NCBI GenBank assembly: GCA_017520635.1
Contig: JAFXFI010000004.1
Location: 14,857 to 78,856 of the forward strand
Source of the DNA: Clostridia bacterium
GTDB lineage: Bacteria > Bacillota > Clostridia > Oscillospirales > Acutalibacteraceae
Reading direction: 5' to 3'
DNA: 64,000 nucleotides
Position 1 is the stretch's first letter. The number at the start of each line of letters is the position of its first letter. The notes beneath the pieces are model-generated. The model did no database searches. It was not told the DNA's origin and saw nothing but the letters and a program-made list of their open reading frames with translations. A program made the position numbers and the translations under genes. Positions 1 to 9,601 of the stretch are shown here, one piece after another.

Positions 1-1698
1 TGCCATTCTGACAATGTCACCGTTTCTTTCTAAACCTGTCATGTAAGCGCTTTCTGCAAGGGCTGCACGTAAAGTGTTTGACCGTGCTGCGTATTCTCCG
101 AGGAAAACTTTAATTGCACCACCGTAAATTGTATCAGTCATTTCATCAGGTGAACGTCTGTAATTTTCTTCATCGTAATAATCGGTATTTCTGAGGAACC
201 ATTCAGGTTCTTTATAATAATGCTGGTCAGTTGCGCCTGCAAAATCGTTTATGGTTTTGTCGGGATTTTTTTCAAGCCAATCTTTTGCATATTCGTAAGA
301 GGGGAGATAGTTTGCACCGCCTGTGGCATCAAATGCACCTGAGGAATAAATAAGTTCAAGTTCATCGTACAGTTCGGGATTTTTTTCTTTTGCTTCATTA
401 AATGAATCAAGAAAAGCCTGATATCTTTCGAAATAAACTTCACCCTCGTTTTCGTTACCTATGCAGATGTATTTAAGTTGGAAAGGTTCTTCGTGACCGA
501 GAGAAACTCTCACTTTACCCCATTTTGTATTTTCATCACCACGGCAGAATTCAACGAGGTCATGCATGTCCTGAATGTATCTTTTGAAAAGGTCACTTTC
601 CATATCAATACCGCCCTTGCCTCTCATCTGACAGTAAAGACCGCAGTTCAGAACAGGCACAGGCAATGCACCGATATCTTCGGCAAGTTGGAAATATTCA
701 TAGAATCCAAGACCATAACTCATAAAACAAGGAAGCGGGTCATCTGTTGCAGCAATATTTGTCCACAAGTTTATCCCTTGTTTTCTTGCGGCAACATCAC
801 CGTATTTTCCGTTAAAATAAAGAGGTTCTCCGTTTTCATCAACGCCGATTGAATCTTTCCAGCTGTATGCTGTTTCTTCGTCATATCCCTCAATTACACA
901 ACCTCCGGGGAAACGCAAGAAACGGGGTTTCAGTTCTTCAAGCATTTTGCCCAAATCATTTCTCATTCCGTTTTCACGGTTTTTGAAAGTGTTTTCAGGG
1001 AAAAGTGAAATCATATCAAGACATGCATTCCCTTCAACCAACACTTGCAGAGTAACACCTGTATGTGCATCAACATCGGAAGAAAGTGTAAGCTCATATT
1101 TTTCCCATTCATCAGTAATTTTTTCAATTTTTCCGCTTGAAAATATGTTTCCGTTAACACAAAGATTTATCGTAATTTTTCCGTTGCCTTTTGCGTAAAC
1201 AGAGAAATTGTATTTTGCATCTTTTTCAAGGTTCATTCCGTCAAGGAAGCCTCTGTTGGCAATGCCTGACGGAGTATCTGTTTCATTTGAAATCACTATG
1301 TAATTTGTGTTATTTGCATTAAGACCGTTTTCTTTGTCGCCAACTTTAACTTCAAGAGTAGGATTGCCTACAATATTCCATCCGTAAAGCTGGTCATTTT
1401 CAGCCAGTTCTGTGTATTCAAAAGAACGGTTAACGATTTTTTCTGCGTAAAGACCACCATCTGCAGCGAAGTTGATGTCTTCAAAGAAAATGCCGAAAAG
1501 CAGGTCGCTTATTTGTCTTACTTTTTCAGGAGCATCAATGTCGAGAGTGTAATCAGCAGCAACTGCGTTGTAATCTGTTACGGAATTTGCATCAGGTCTA
1601 TCAGGTTCTGAAGGTGTCTGCGTGGAACAGAAGGACATAAAAAATGTAAGGATTGCCGCCGTTATTCTTTTGAAGAAAGATATAATTTTATACTTCAT
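1..1698 (-). CDS. GH51-type alpha-L-arabinofuranosidase with lipoprotein-like signal peptide; 3' end runs off the left edge of the window (partial)
   Basis: This ORF is missing from the supplied track because it has no stop codon in the window. My manual reverse-strand translation from the ATG at 1698-1696 (AGGAGA 6 nt upstream) gives MKYKIISFFKRITAAILTFFMSFCSTQ... It continues with LFGIFFEDINFAADGGLYAEKIVNRSFE, LRFPGGCVIEG, ICIGNENEG and VFLGEYAA, which are motifs typical of GH51. The frame stays open to position 1. Confidence 0.75.
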   Translation of the reverse strand, partial: MKYKIISFFKRITAAILTFFMSFCSTQTPSEPDRPDANSVTDYNAVAADYTLDIDAPEKVRQISDLLFGIFFEDINFAADGGLYAEKIVNRSFEYTELAENDQLYGWNIVGNPTLEVKVGDKENGLNANNTNYIVISNETDTPSGIANRGFLDGMNLEKDAKYNFSVYAKGNGKITINLCVNGNIFSSGKIEKITDEWEKYELTLSSDVDAHTGVTLQVLVEGNACLDMISLFPENTFKNRENGMRNDLGKMLEELKPRFLRFPGGCVIEGYDEETAYSWKDSIGVDENGEPLYFNGKYGDVAARKQGINLWTNIAATDDPLPCFMSYGLGFYEYFQLAEDIGALPVPVLNCGLYCQMRGKGGIDMESDLFKRYIQDMHDLVEFCRGDENTKWGKVRVSLGHEEPFQLKYICIGNENEGEVYFERYQAFLDSFNEAKEKNPELYDELELIYSSGAFDATGGANYLPSYEYAKDWLEKNPDKTINDFAGATDQHYYKEPEWFLRNTDYYDEENYRRSPDEMTDTIYGGAIKVFLGEYAARSNTLRAALAESAYMTGLERNGDIVRMA

Positions 1699-3031
1699 TT
1701 TGATTCTCCTTTATTAAAAAATCAAGCAAATCTTTTTTTGAATTTCTGATTTCATTTTTCAGAACTTTATCTAAAAGTTTTTCCAGCTTTTCTCCGATTT
1801 CTTTACCTTTATATCCGAGAGAAATCAGATCATTTCCATCAACTGCAAGATCTGAAATGCTGAGACACACATTTTTTTCTTCAAGCTTTTTCAACTCATT
1901 TATATAGTTGTCGCAGAGAGAAATTCTGTCAACCATTTCAGGCGACTGTGCAAGAATGTCAGCACGGGATACTTTATCAAGCAGATATAAAAAATCAAAG
2001 CCGTATTTTGACGCATGTTTTTTTAAGTTCTGCGGTGCATTGTAAAGTCTGTCATCGTGATGGAAAATAAGCTTGGTGACAACCGAAATTGTCTTGTTAT
2101 CATATCGGAGTCTTTTCAGAATTTCATAGGCAATATCTGAACTTACAGGTGCATGACCTTTGAAATGATCCTGACCGTTTTCGTCAGTAGTTTTCATCTG
2201 CGGTTTTGCAATGTCGTGCAGAAGCATTGCAAGACGGACATATTTATTTTTTTCTGAAGCTGCAACGCTTTTCACAATGTGATGCCACACATCGTAAATA
2301 TGGTAAGGGCAAATTTGTTTAACTTCGAAAGCTTCTTTCAGTTCGGGTATGATTTCAAATATTACATCGGAAAAATCGAGGAGTATTCTTTCTGCATCAT
2401 CACCGAGAAGAAGTTTTTCAAGTTCTACTCTTATTCTTTCAGCTGCAATATTATTAAGTAAATGTTTATTTCTTCTTATACTTTCTGCTGTTTCCTTTTC
2501 AATTTCAAAACCGAGTGTGGCAGAAAATCTTATTGCTCTCATAATTCTCAGAGCATCTTCCTGAAATCTCTTGTCGGAGTCACCTACACAACGGATGATT
2601 TTATTTTCTATGTCTTTTACACCACCGAAAAGGTCAACAATGCCGTTGGTTTTATTATAAGCCATTGCATTGACGGTGAAATCCCTTCGTGACAAATCAT
2701 TTTCAATGTTACGTGTGAAATTCACGCTGTCAGGGCGACGGTTGTCAGTATATTCTCCGTCAATACGGAAAGTTGTGATTTCAAGAGGATGTTTGTCTAT
2801 GAGAACGGTAATTGTACCGTGTTTGATGCCCGTAGGAATAGTACGGTAGTTTTTGAAAACCTCAAGAGTTTCTTCAGGTGTGGAGGAAGTTGTCATGTCC
2901 CAGTCGTTTGCAATTTTACCCATAATGCTGTCACGGACGCAACCACCCACAACGAAAGCTTCAAAACCATTACGTTCAAGTTCTTTCATTGCAGTTAATG
3001 CATATTGGGGGATGTTAATTTTAACGGACAT
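1688..3031 (-). CDS. cca: CCA-adding tRNA nucleotidyltransferase with C-terminal HD domain
   Basis: 447 aa ORF. The N-terminus has the GGCVRD nucleotidyltransferase motif and RRDFTVNAMA. An HD-type region (LLHDIAKP) follows. The stop codon overlaps the downstream arabinofuranosidase start by 11 nt. Confidence 0.9.
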   Translation of the reverse strand: MSVKINIPQYALTAMKELERNGFEAFVVGGCVRDSIMGKIANDWDMTTSSTPEETLEVFKNYRTIPTGIKHGTITVLIDKHPLEITTFRIDGEYTDNRRPDSVNFTRNIENDLSRRDFTVNAMAYNKTNGIVDLFGGVKDIENKIIRCVGDSDKRFQEDALRIMRAIRFSATLGFEIEKETAESIRRNKHLLNNIAAERIRVELEKLLLGDDAERILLDFSDVIFEIIPELKEAFEVKQICPYHIYDVWHHIVKSVAASEKNKYVRLAMLLHDIAKPQMKTTDENGQDHFKGHAPVSSDIAYEILKRLRYDNKTISVVTKLIFHHDDRLYNAPQNLKKHASKYGFDFLYLLDKVSRADILAQSPEMVDRISLCDNYINELKKLEEKNVCLSISDLAVDGNDLISLGYKGKEIGEKLEKLLDKVLKNEIRNSKKDLLDFLIKENQNEV

Positions 3032-3117
3032 AAAATTTCTCCAAACATTTTTCTCTTTACAATTTTACCACCAAAGGGTATAATTATCAAGGAAAATATT
3101 TTCAGCGAGGTAATAAT

Positions 3118-3462
3118 ATGAATATACAGATTTACGGAAAACCGAAATGTTTTGACACAAAGAAAGCAGAAAGATATTTTAAAGAACGCAGAATAAAAGT
3201 GCAGATGATCGATATTTCAAAATATCCCATGAGTCAGGGAGAGTTCAGAAATATAAAAACTGCACTTAGAATGAGTTTTGATGAAATGATAGACGAAAAA
3301 TCAAAGCTTTACGAAAGTCTTTTCATTAAATATCTGGCAAATGAAAGTGATAAGGAAGAAAAGATTTTTGAAAATCAGGCAATTTTTAAAACACCGATAG
3401 TCAGAAACGGAAAACAGGCAACAATCGGATATCAGCCTGATGTGTGGAAAAACTGGGAGTAA
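3118..3462 (+). CDS. ArsC/Spx/MgsR-family small redox protein
   Basis: 114 aa. N-terminal IYGKPKCFDTKKAERYF and C-terminal TPIVRNG...IGY match the ArsC-family pattern. GAGGT lies upstream of the ATG. Confidence 0.6.
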   Translation: MNIQIYGKPKCFDTKKAERYFKERRIKVQMIDISKYPMSQGEFRNIKTALRMSFDEMIDEKSKLYESLFIKYLANESDKEEKIFENQAIFKTPIVRNGKQATIGYQPDVWKNWE

Positions 3463-3559
3463 TTTTAATGACGGAGTGAATTGTTTTTCTGCTGATTATT
3501 AGTTCCGATCACTCCGTGGTTAAGGTTTGCTGAATTTTTGATTAAACAAACATTTAAAT

Positions 3560-3717
3560 TTTTGGTCGAGCTTTTTAAAAAGCTCGTGGGGTCAAGGGGC
3601 AAAGCCCTTGTCGCACTCCGCAGAGTGCGACATCTTTATGCACAAAAAGCGCAGGAGGGTAGAAAAACAGTCCTGTGTGACTGTTTTTCGTAGGGAACCC
3701 TCGCCGGGGGTTCCCTG
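3560..3717 (+). repeat. Five-hairpin structured repeat element, copy 1 (candidate ncRNA or MITE-like element)
   Basis: Five consecutive inverted repeats: cgagcttttt/aaaaagctcg, caagggg/cccttg, tcgcactc/gagtgcga, aaaaacagtc/gactgttttt, gggaaccc/gggttccc. The element is near-identical to the reverse complement of 14238-14397. Confidence 0.8.
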
Positions 3718-3748
3718 GAACAGATTAGAAATTGTCGAGGAGATCAGA

Positions 3749-4246
3749 ATGAGTGATTTTGTAAATGTACATTTCCGTAATATGACGGAAAAAGAATTTA
3801 ATGATTTCTCAGAAGAAGAAATCAGAAGTTATGCAGAAGAACTTATAAAATCAGGTTATAGAAAACTGAAAATAACTGCAATGAGAGCATCAAGGAAAGA
3901 ATATGAGGAAACTTTTCCCCAAGGATATCATACTCCGGAAAATTATTTTTATATAATTCAGAACGACAAAAACGAAGACGTGGGAAAAATTTTTTATCAG
4001 ACTCATTATGAGAAAAAGGATGTTGCTTTCATTACGGAATTTGTTATAAATGAAGAATGCAGAAATAAAGGTTATGGTAAAAGTGCATTGAAAAAAATTG
4101 CTGAAGATGCAAGAGAGAAAGGCTACAAAAAAATGGGACTTAATGTTTTTCTGCATAATAATATATCATATCCCATGTACCTGAAAGACGGTTATAAAAT
4201 CGTAGAAAAAATTGATGGCAACGCAATAATGGAAAAAGATTTATAA
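3749..4246 (+). CDS. GNAT-family N-acetyltransferase
   Basis: I placed the start at the ATG at 3749 (GAGGAG 7 nt upstream) rather than the track start at 3608, which reads through the repeat element. The motif-A-like segment is CRNKGYGKSALKKIAEDAREKGYKKMGLNVF. Confidence 0.7.
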   Translation: MSDFVNVHFRNMTEKEFNDFSEEEIRSYAEELIKSGYRKLKITAMRASRKEYEETFPQGYHTPENYFYIIQNDKNEDVGKIFYQTHYEKKDVAFITEFVINEECRNKGYGKSALKKIAEDAREKGYKKMGLNVFLHNNISYPMYLKDGYKIVEKIDGNAIMEKDL

Positions 4247-4248
4247 AT

Positions 4249-4305
4249 AACAACTGCCCGGGATCCTTCGCTTGCGCTCGAGGATGACGGGCAGTTGTTT
4301 TGTAT
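4249..4305. repeat. Conserved-core hairpin repeat, copy a; probably also the terminator between convergent genes
   Basis: The 12 bp stem aacaactgcccg/cgggcagttgtt encloses the core ggatccttcgcttgcgctcgaggatga and is followed by ttttgt. The same core recurs at 33839-33866 (inverted) and 33899-33926. Confidence 0.75.
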
Positions 4306-4324
4306 ATTGATTTTTTGATGTGCA

Positions 4325-5638
4325 TTACATTCTTTGCTTTTTGCGGTAGCAAAGAATGTATCCCATACCTATTGTTAATGATGAGATAATAACAGCAACT
4401 AAAATTGTTGCGGGGAGAATGTCTTCTGCAAGATACCATTTTACCTGTGTGGGGTGGAATCTGATTGACAATTCTTCATCCTCAAAAGAAATTTTCGGTT
4501 TATCACCAACTTCATTTGAAAGGTATTCGTAAATATTTTCAGTTGTTATTACACTGTTTTCAATAAATGTTTGCATTTCTTCTTCTGTGTCAAATTCTTT
4601 GTATTCCCAGTCAATTTCATAAAAATCCTCCATAAGCAATTCGCCGTTCTTTTCGAATGTAATTATTTCAAAGCTTTGAATATCAACAGTTGTTCCTTCG
4701 ATATGATTCAGGCAGTAAATTTCAGTTTTGTTCAATATATGATTTTTTAACTTGTTATAATTGGATTCAGCATTGTCTGCTGTGTAATAATTATAGCTTG
4801 CAAGCTTGAAATCAAAGGCAGAAGAGGATGTAAAGGTTTCAACGCATAGAGAGAAAAAAGGAAAAATAAAGCAACATATGAAAACGATTACTGAAATTAT
4901 TGAAACGGTTTTGATAACCTTTTTCCGATAAGAGATATATTCTTCTTTAAGGTCAGCATCAAAAGAAAACTTTTTTGCGGCTGCTTTGTATATAAACAAA
5001 GACAGAATAAATATTACAAAAGCAACGGATAAAATCCATGGTATAAATAATCCGCAAATCAGATTAACTATAATTGTAAGCAGAGAAAAAATATCAAAAG
5101 CAAACACGGAAATTAAAAATAGTGCAGTTTTCTTTATGTGCTTTTGCTTTACATCTTCTGTAACAGGAGTCTCGGTGTCTGACAGTATATTTTTATAGTT
5201 CATAAACGCGACAAATTCCAATATAGCCGAAGCACCGATTAACAGTAAAGAAAAAATAATTCCTATCGCCATGTGTGAGAGAAAAAGGGCAATAAGCAAC
5301 CCGAAGGTACAGAGAATCAAAGAAACCGAAGACAATGTATAGTATTTATCAGATGAAGTCTTAAAAAGATATAACGCCTGTTTTTCTGATTTTTTGTTAT
5401 TATTTGAGCTATCCTCTTTTTCCGCATTGAGTTTTTCACCTCGTAACAGTTCATCAACTGTGACAGAATAAATTTCTGCAATAACAGGGAGCATTGTAAT
5501 TTCAGGGTATCCTTCGTCACATTCCCATTTGCTGACCGTTTTATTGGAAACATTCAGTTTATCTGCCACTTGTTGTTGGGTAAGACCGTTTGCTTTTCGT
5601 AAAGCTGCCATAAAAGAACCAATAGTTTTCTTTTCCAT
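4325..5638 (-). CDS. XRE-family helix-turn-helix regulator fused to a multi-pass membrane domain and a C-terminal extracytoplasmic domain
   Basis: 437 aa. The N-terminus LRKANGLTQQQVADKLNVSNKTVSKWECDEGYPEITMLPVIAEIYSVTVDELL is a classic HTH_3 domain. Several hydrophobic segments follow. Confidence 0.75.
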   Translation of the reverse strand: MEKKTIGSFMAALRKANGLTQQQVADKLNVSNKTVSKWECDEGYPEITMLPVIAEIYSVTVDELLRGEKLNAEKEDSSNNNKKSEKQALYLFKTSSDKYYTLSSVSLILCTFGLLIALFLSHMAIGIIFSLLLIGASAILEFVAFMNYKNILSDTETPVTEDVKQKHIKKTALFLISVFAFDIFSLLTIIVNLICGLFIPWILSVAFVIFILSLFIYKAAAKKFSFDADLKEEYISYRKKVIKTVSIISVIVFICCFIFPFFSLCVETFTSSSAFDFKLASYNYYTADNAESNYNKLKNHILNKTEIYCLNHIEGTTVDIQSFEIITFEKNGELLMEDFYEIDWEYKEFDTEEEMQTFIENSVITTENIYEYLSNEVGDKPKISFEDEELSIRFHPTQVKWYLAEDILPATILVAVIISSLTIGMGYILCYRKKQRM

Positions 5639-5842
5639 AGAACCACTCCTTTTCTTCTACCTATATTCTCCGATAAACAGAGAAAAAAAGCAACACCTTT
5701 TCAGTAGATTTTGTCTGCGAATCGTGGAATTCCAGAAAAAGTTTGTTTTTAACCAATGTACTGACGAGTATTAAACCAAAGCCTCTCCTTGAAAACGCAA
5801 GGGGAGGTGTCAAAATCTGCGATTTTAGCGGAGGGGATTTTT

Positions 5843-5881
5843 CGTTGAAAAAGCACCTTACAGGGAAACCTGTAAGGTGCT
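5843..5881 (-). terminator. Intrinsic terminator downstream of nifJ
   Basis: The 13 bp stem agcaccttacagg/cctgtaaggtgct has a gaaa loop. On the minus strand it is followed by ttttcaacg. Confidence 0.7.
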
Positions 5882-5913
5882 TAATTGATTTATGCTATTT
5901 AACTTCGCTTGAA

Positions 5914-8900
5914 TTATTCAGCGTCGGGAGCATAGAGAGCCTGAAGACGAACGAGGTGATCGTATCTCTTCATTGCTGTTTCTTCAGCAAGTGAGAAGAG
6001 TTTAGCTGCTCTTTCCGGGAATGCATTAAGAAGAGAAGCATAACGGCTTTCACTCTTAATGAAGTCCTGATAACCTGCTGCGGGAGCTTTGCTGTCAAGG
6101 ATGAAGGGATTCTTGCCTTCTTCTTTGAGTGCGGGGTTGTATCTGAAGAGGTTCCAGTAACCGCAGTCAACAGCCTTCTTCATTTCTGACTGGCAGTTAG
6201 CCATGCCGCCGCCTTTGATACCGTGCATTTCGCATGGTGCGTAGCAGATGATGATTGAAGGTCCGTTGTAAGCTTCAGCTTCTTTGATTGCTTTGAGTGT
6301 CTGGTTGTTGTCAGCACCCATAGCGATCTGTGCAACGTAAACATAACCATAGCTCATAGCGATTTCTGAAAGGCTCTTCTTAGCAACTGCTTTACCGGAA
6401 GCTGCGAACTGTGCAACCTGACCGATGTTAGAAGCCTTAGAAGCCTGACCGCCTGTATTTGAGTAAACTTCTGTATCGAATACCATGATGTTTACATCTT
6501 CGTGAGCAGCAAGAACGTGGTCAACACCGCCGAAGCCGATGTCATAAGCCCAACCGTCGCCACCGAAGATCCAAACTGATTTCTTAGAAAGGAAGTCTTT
6601 GTTTGCAAGGATTGATGAGCAGAGTTCGCAGCCTTCAACTTTTTCAAGTTCTGCTACAAGAGCATCTGTTGCTGCACCGTTCTTTTCACCGTCTGTAACT
6701 GTTGCAAGGTAAGCTTCTGCTGCTGCTTTGAGTTCTGCTGATGCTTTGTCAGAAGCTGCAACTTCTTCAACCTTAGCAATGAGGCTGTCACGGATAGCTT
6801 TCTGTCCGAGGAACATACCGTAACCATGTTCTGCGTTATCTTCAAAGAGTGAGTTTGCCCATGCAGGACCCTGACCCTTAGCATTTGTTGTGTAGGGAGA
6901 TGTTGCTGCAGGACCGCCCCAGATTGATGAACAACCTGTTGCATTTGAGATATACATTCTGTCACCGAAGAGCTGAGTTACAAGGCGAGCATAAGCTGTT
7001 TCTGCACAACCTGCGCATGAGCCTGAGAACTCGAGGAGAGGTTTCTTGTACTGGCTTGCTACAACGTTCATGTTAGCAACTGTTTCTGCTTTTTCTGTAA
7101 CGTTAGCTACACAGTAATCGAATACTTTCTGTTCTGCTTCCTGTGATTCACGAGAAACCATCTTAAGAGAAGCTGTGGGACATACGCCTACGCAAACGCC
7201 GCAACCCATACAATCCATGGGAGAAACTGCAAGTGTGTATGTGTAGTTTGTCTTAACAACGGGCTTGGGAGCTTTCTTCATGTTTGCGGGAGCTGCTGCT
7301 ACTTCTTCTTCACTGAGAGCGAAGGGACGGATTGTAGCGTGAGGACAAACATAAGAACATTTATTACATTTTGCACATTTTGCGGGATCCCATTCAGGAA
7401 CGAGAACTGCAACGCCACGTTTTTCGTAAGCAGCTGCGCCATGTTCAAATGTACCGTCAGCGTGATCCATGAATGCTGAAACGGGAAGTGAATCACCGTC
7501 CATGAGGGCTACGGGTTTCATGATGCCGTCAACCATCTTAACGAGTTTTGCTTCGCCTTCTGATGCTGCAACAGCTGCGTCATCTGTAGCATCTGCCCAA
7601 GCAGCGGGAACATCGATTTTAGCGAATGCTGAAACACCTGCGTCGATAGCGTTGTGGTTCATGTCAACAACATCCTGACCTTTTTTGAGGTAAGATCTTG
7701 TTGCAGCGTCTTTCATATACTGAACAGCTTCTTCGATGGGCATAACCTTTGCAAGAGCAAAGAATGCAGCCTGAAGAATTGTGTTTGTACGTTTGCCCAT
7801 ACCGATTTTTGCAGCAAGGTCAATAGCATTAACAGTGTAAAGCTGAATGTTGTTCTTTGCAATGTAACGTTTGGCTTCTGCAGGCATGTGAGCGTCAAGT
7901 TCTTCTGCTGACCACTGGCAGTTGATAAGGAATACACCGCCGGGTTTAACGTCGTTAACCATCTTGTAACCCTTGATTACATAAGAGGGGTTGTGACAAG
8001 CAACGAAGTCTGCTTTGTTGATATAGTAGGGGCTCTTGATGGGTTTGTCACCGAAACGAAGGTGAGAAACTGTGATACCGCCTGTTTTCTTTGAGTCATA
8101 CTGGAAGTAAGCCTGAACATACTTGTCTGTATGGTCACCGATGATTTTGATTGAGTTCTTGTTGGCACCAACAGTACCGTCACCGCCGAGACCCCAGAAC
8201 TTGCATTCGATTGTACCTTCAGCAGCTGTGTTGGGAGCTTCTTTTTCTTCAAGAGAAAGGTGTGTAACGTCGTCGTTGATACCGATTGTGAACTGTTTCT
8301 TTGAATCTGCTTTTGCAAGTTCATCGTAAACAGCGAAGATGCTTGAGGGAGGTGTGTCTTTTGAACCGAGACCGTAACGGCCGCCGATTACCTGAGCCTG
8401 ACGACCCTGTGCAGCGAGAGCAGCAACAACATCAAGGAAGAGAGGTTCACCGAGTGAGCCGGGTTCTTTAGTTCTGTCAAGAACTGCAATCTTCTTAACT
8501 GTTGAGGGAATAGCTTCAACAAGTTTTTCTGCTGAGAAGGGTCTGTAAAGACGAACCTTAACAAGACCGACTTTTTCACCCTTAGCTGTAAGGTAGTCAA
8601 TAACTTCTTCTGCTACGTCACAGATTGAACCCATAGCAACGATGATATTTTCAGCGTCGGGAGCACCGTAGTAGTTGAAGAGTTTATAGTCTGTACCGAG
8701 TTTTGCGTTAACCTTGTTCATGTATTCTTCTACGATGCCGGGAACAGCTTCATAGTATTCGTTACATGCTTCACGGTGCTGGAAGAAGATGTCACCGTTT
8801 TCATGAGAACCACGCATTACGGGATGTTCGGGGTTGAGAGCACGTTTACGGAATGCGTTAACAGCATCCATATCGCACATTTCTTTAAGGTCTTCGTAAT

Positions 8901-9459
8901 CCCATATAGAAATCTTCTGAAGCTCGTGAGATGTACGGAAACCGTCGAAGAAGTTGATAAAGGGCACACGGCTCTTGATTGTTGCAAGGTGAGCAACAGC
9001 ACCGAGGTCCATAACTTCCTGAGTGTTTGTTTCAGCAAGCATAGCGAAACCTGTCTGACGGCAAGCATATACGTCTGAATGGTCGCCGAAGATGTTGAGA
9101 GCATGTGATGCTACGCAACGAGCTGATACGTGGAAAACTGAGGGAAGAAGTTCACCTGCGATCTTATACATGTTGGGGATCATGAGAAGAAGACCCTGAG
9201 AAGCAGTATAAGTTGTTGTGAGAGCACCTGCATTAAGTGAACCGTGAACTGTACCTGCAGCACCTGCTTCAGACTGCATTTCTGCAACTTTAACTGTTGT
9301 GCCGAAGATGTTTTTCACGCCCTGTGCAGACCACTGGTCAACATAGTCAGCCATGGGGCTTGAGGGAGTGATGGGATAAATACCTGCAACTTCTGTGAAA
9401 GCGTATGACACATAAGCAGCGGCATTGTTACCATCCATTGTCTTGGTTTTTCTTGCCAT
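5914..9459 (-). CDS. nifJ: Pyruvate:ferredoxin (flavodoxin) oxidoreductase, single-polypeptide PFOR
   Basis: 1181 aa. It has the N-terminal MDGNNAAAYVSYAFTEVAGIYPITPSSPMA, two ferredoxin-type CxxCxxCxxxCP motifs (CAKCNKCSYVCP, CMGCGVCVGVCP) and a TPP-binding GGDGWAYDIG motif. Confidence 0.95.
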   Translation of the reverse strand: MARKTKTMDGNNAAAYVSYAFTEVAGIYPITPSSPMADYVDQWSAQGVKNIFGTTVKVAEMQSEAGAAGTVHGSLNAGALTTTYTASQGLLLMIPNMYKIAGELLPSVFHVSARCVASHALNIFGDHSDVYACRQTGFAMLAETNTQEVMDLGAVAHLATIKSRVPFINFFDGFRTSHELQKISIWDYEDLKEMCDMDAVNAFRKRALNPEHPVMRGSHENGDIFFQHREACNEYYEAVPGIVEEYMNKVNAKLGTDYKLFNYYGAPDAENIIVAMGSICDVAEEVIDYLTAKGEKVGLVKVRLYRPFSAEKLVEAIPSTVKKIAVLDRTKEPGSLGEPLFLDVVAALAAQGRQAQVIGGRYGLGSKDTPPSSIFAVYDELAKADSKKQFTIGINDDVTHLSLEEKEAPNTAAEGTIECKFWGLGGDGTVGANKNSIKIIGDHTDKYVQAYFQYDSKKTGGITVSHLRFGDKPIKSPYYINKADFVACHNPSYVIKGYKMVNDVKPGGVFLINCQWSAEELDAHMPAEAKRYIAKNNIQLYTVNAIDLAAKIGMGKRTNTILQAAFFALAKVMPIEEAVQYMKDAATRSYLKKGQDVVDMNHNAIDAGVSAFAKIDVPAAWADATDDAAVAASEGEAKLVKMVDGIMKPVALMDGDSLPVSAFMDHADGTFEHGAAAYEKRGVAVLVPEWDPAKCAKCNKCSYVCPHATIRPFALSEEEVAAAPANMKKAPKPVVKTNYTYTLAVSPMDCMGCGVCVGVCPTASLKMVSRESQEAEQKVFDYCVANVTEKAETVANMNVVASQYKKPLLEFSGSCAGCAETAYARLVTQLFGDRMYISNATGCSSIWGGPAATSPYTTNAKGQGPAWANSLFEDNAEHGYGMFLGQKAIRDSLIAKVEEVAASDKASAELKAAAEAYLATVTDGEKNGAATDALVAELEKVEGCELCSSILANKDFLSKKSVWIFGGDGWAYDIGFGGVDHVLAAHEDVNIMVFDTEVYSNTGGQASKASNIGQVAQFAASGKAVAKKSLSEIAMSYGYVYVAQIAMGADNNQTLKAIKEAEAYNGPSIIICYAPCEMHGIKGGGMANCQSEMKKAVDCGYWNLFRYNPALKEEGKNPFILDSKAPAAGYQDFIKSESRYASLLNAFPERAAKLFSLAEETAMKRYDHLVRLQALYAPDAE

Positions 9460-9531
9460 TATGAATTTCCTCCTTAAATAAAATGGAAAATTGATAACTA
9501 TAAGATATACATATATAATATACCACTCGCA

Positions 9532-9560
9532 ATTATAACACTTTTCTACAAAAAAGTAAA
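9532..9560 (-). promoter_or_regulatory. Candidate sigma-A promoter of nifJ
   Basis: On the minus strand: TTTACT, a 17 nt spacer, then TATAAT. It lies about 70 nt upstream of the nifJ ATG, which has an AAGGAGG RBS. Confidence 0.45.
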
Positions 9561-9601
9561 TAAGAAATTAGAGCATAATTCGTCACTTTTTTTGGATATA
9601 T

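Noticed and set aside
3608-3748. The track ORF 3608-4246 begins 47 codons upstream of the start I chose for the GNAT gene.
   Set aside because: The extra N-terminal codons read straight through the five-hairpin repeat element (…SHSAECDIFMHKKRRRVEKQSCVTVFRREPSPGVPW). The second copy of the element differs by a 2 nt length change (18 vs 20 nt in the central spacer), so no peptide is conserved. A good RBS (GAGGAG) precedes the ATG at 3749.
5782-5808. Hairpin cctctcctt/aaggggagg in the nifJ / XRE-regulator intergenic region, considered as a possible RNA element.
   Set aside because: It is a short isolated stem with no second copy and no flanking conserved sequence in the window. I could not distinguish it from chance or a secondary terminator.
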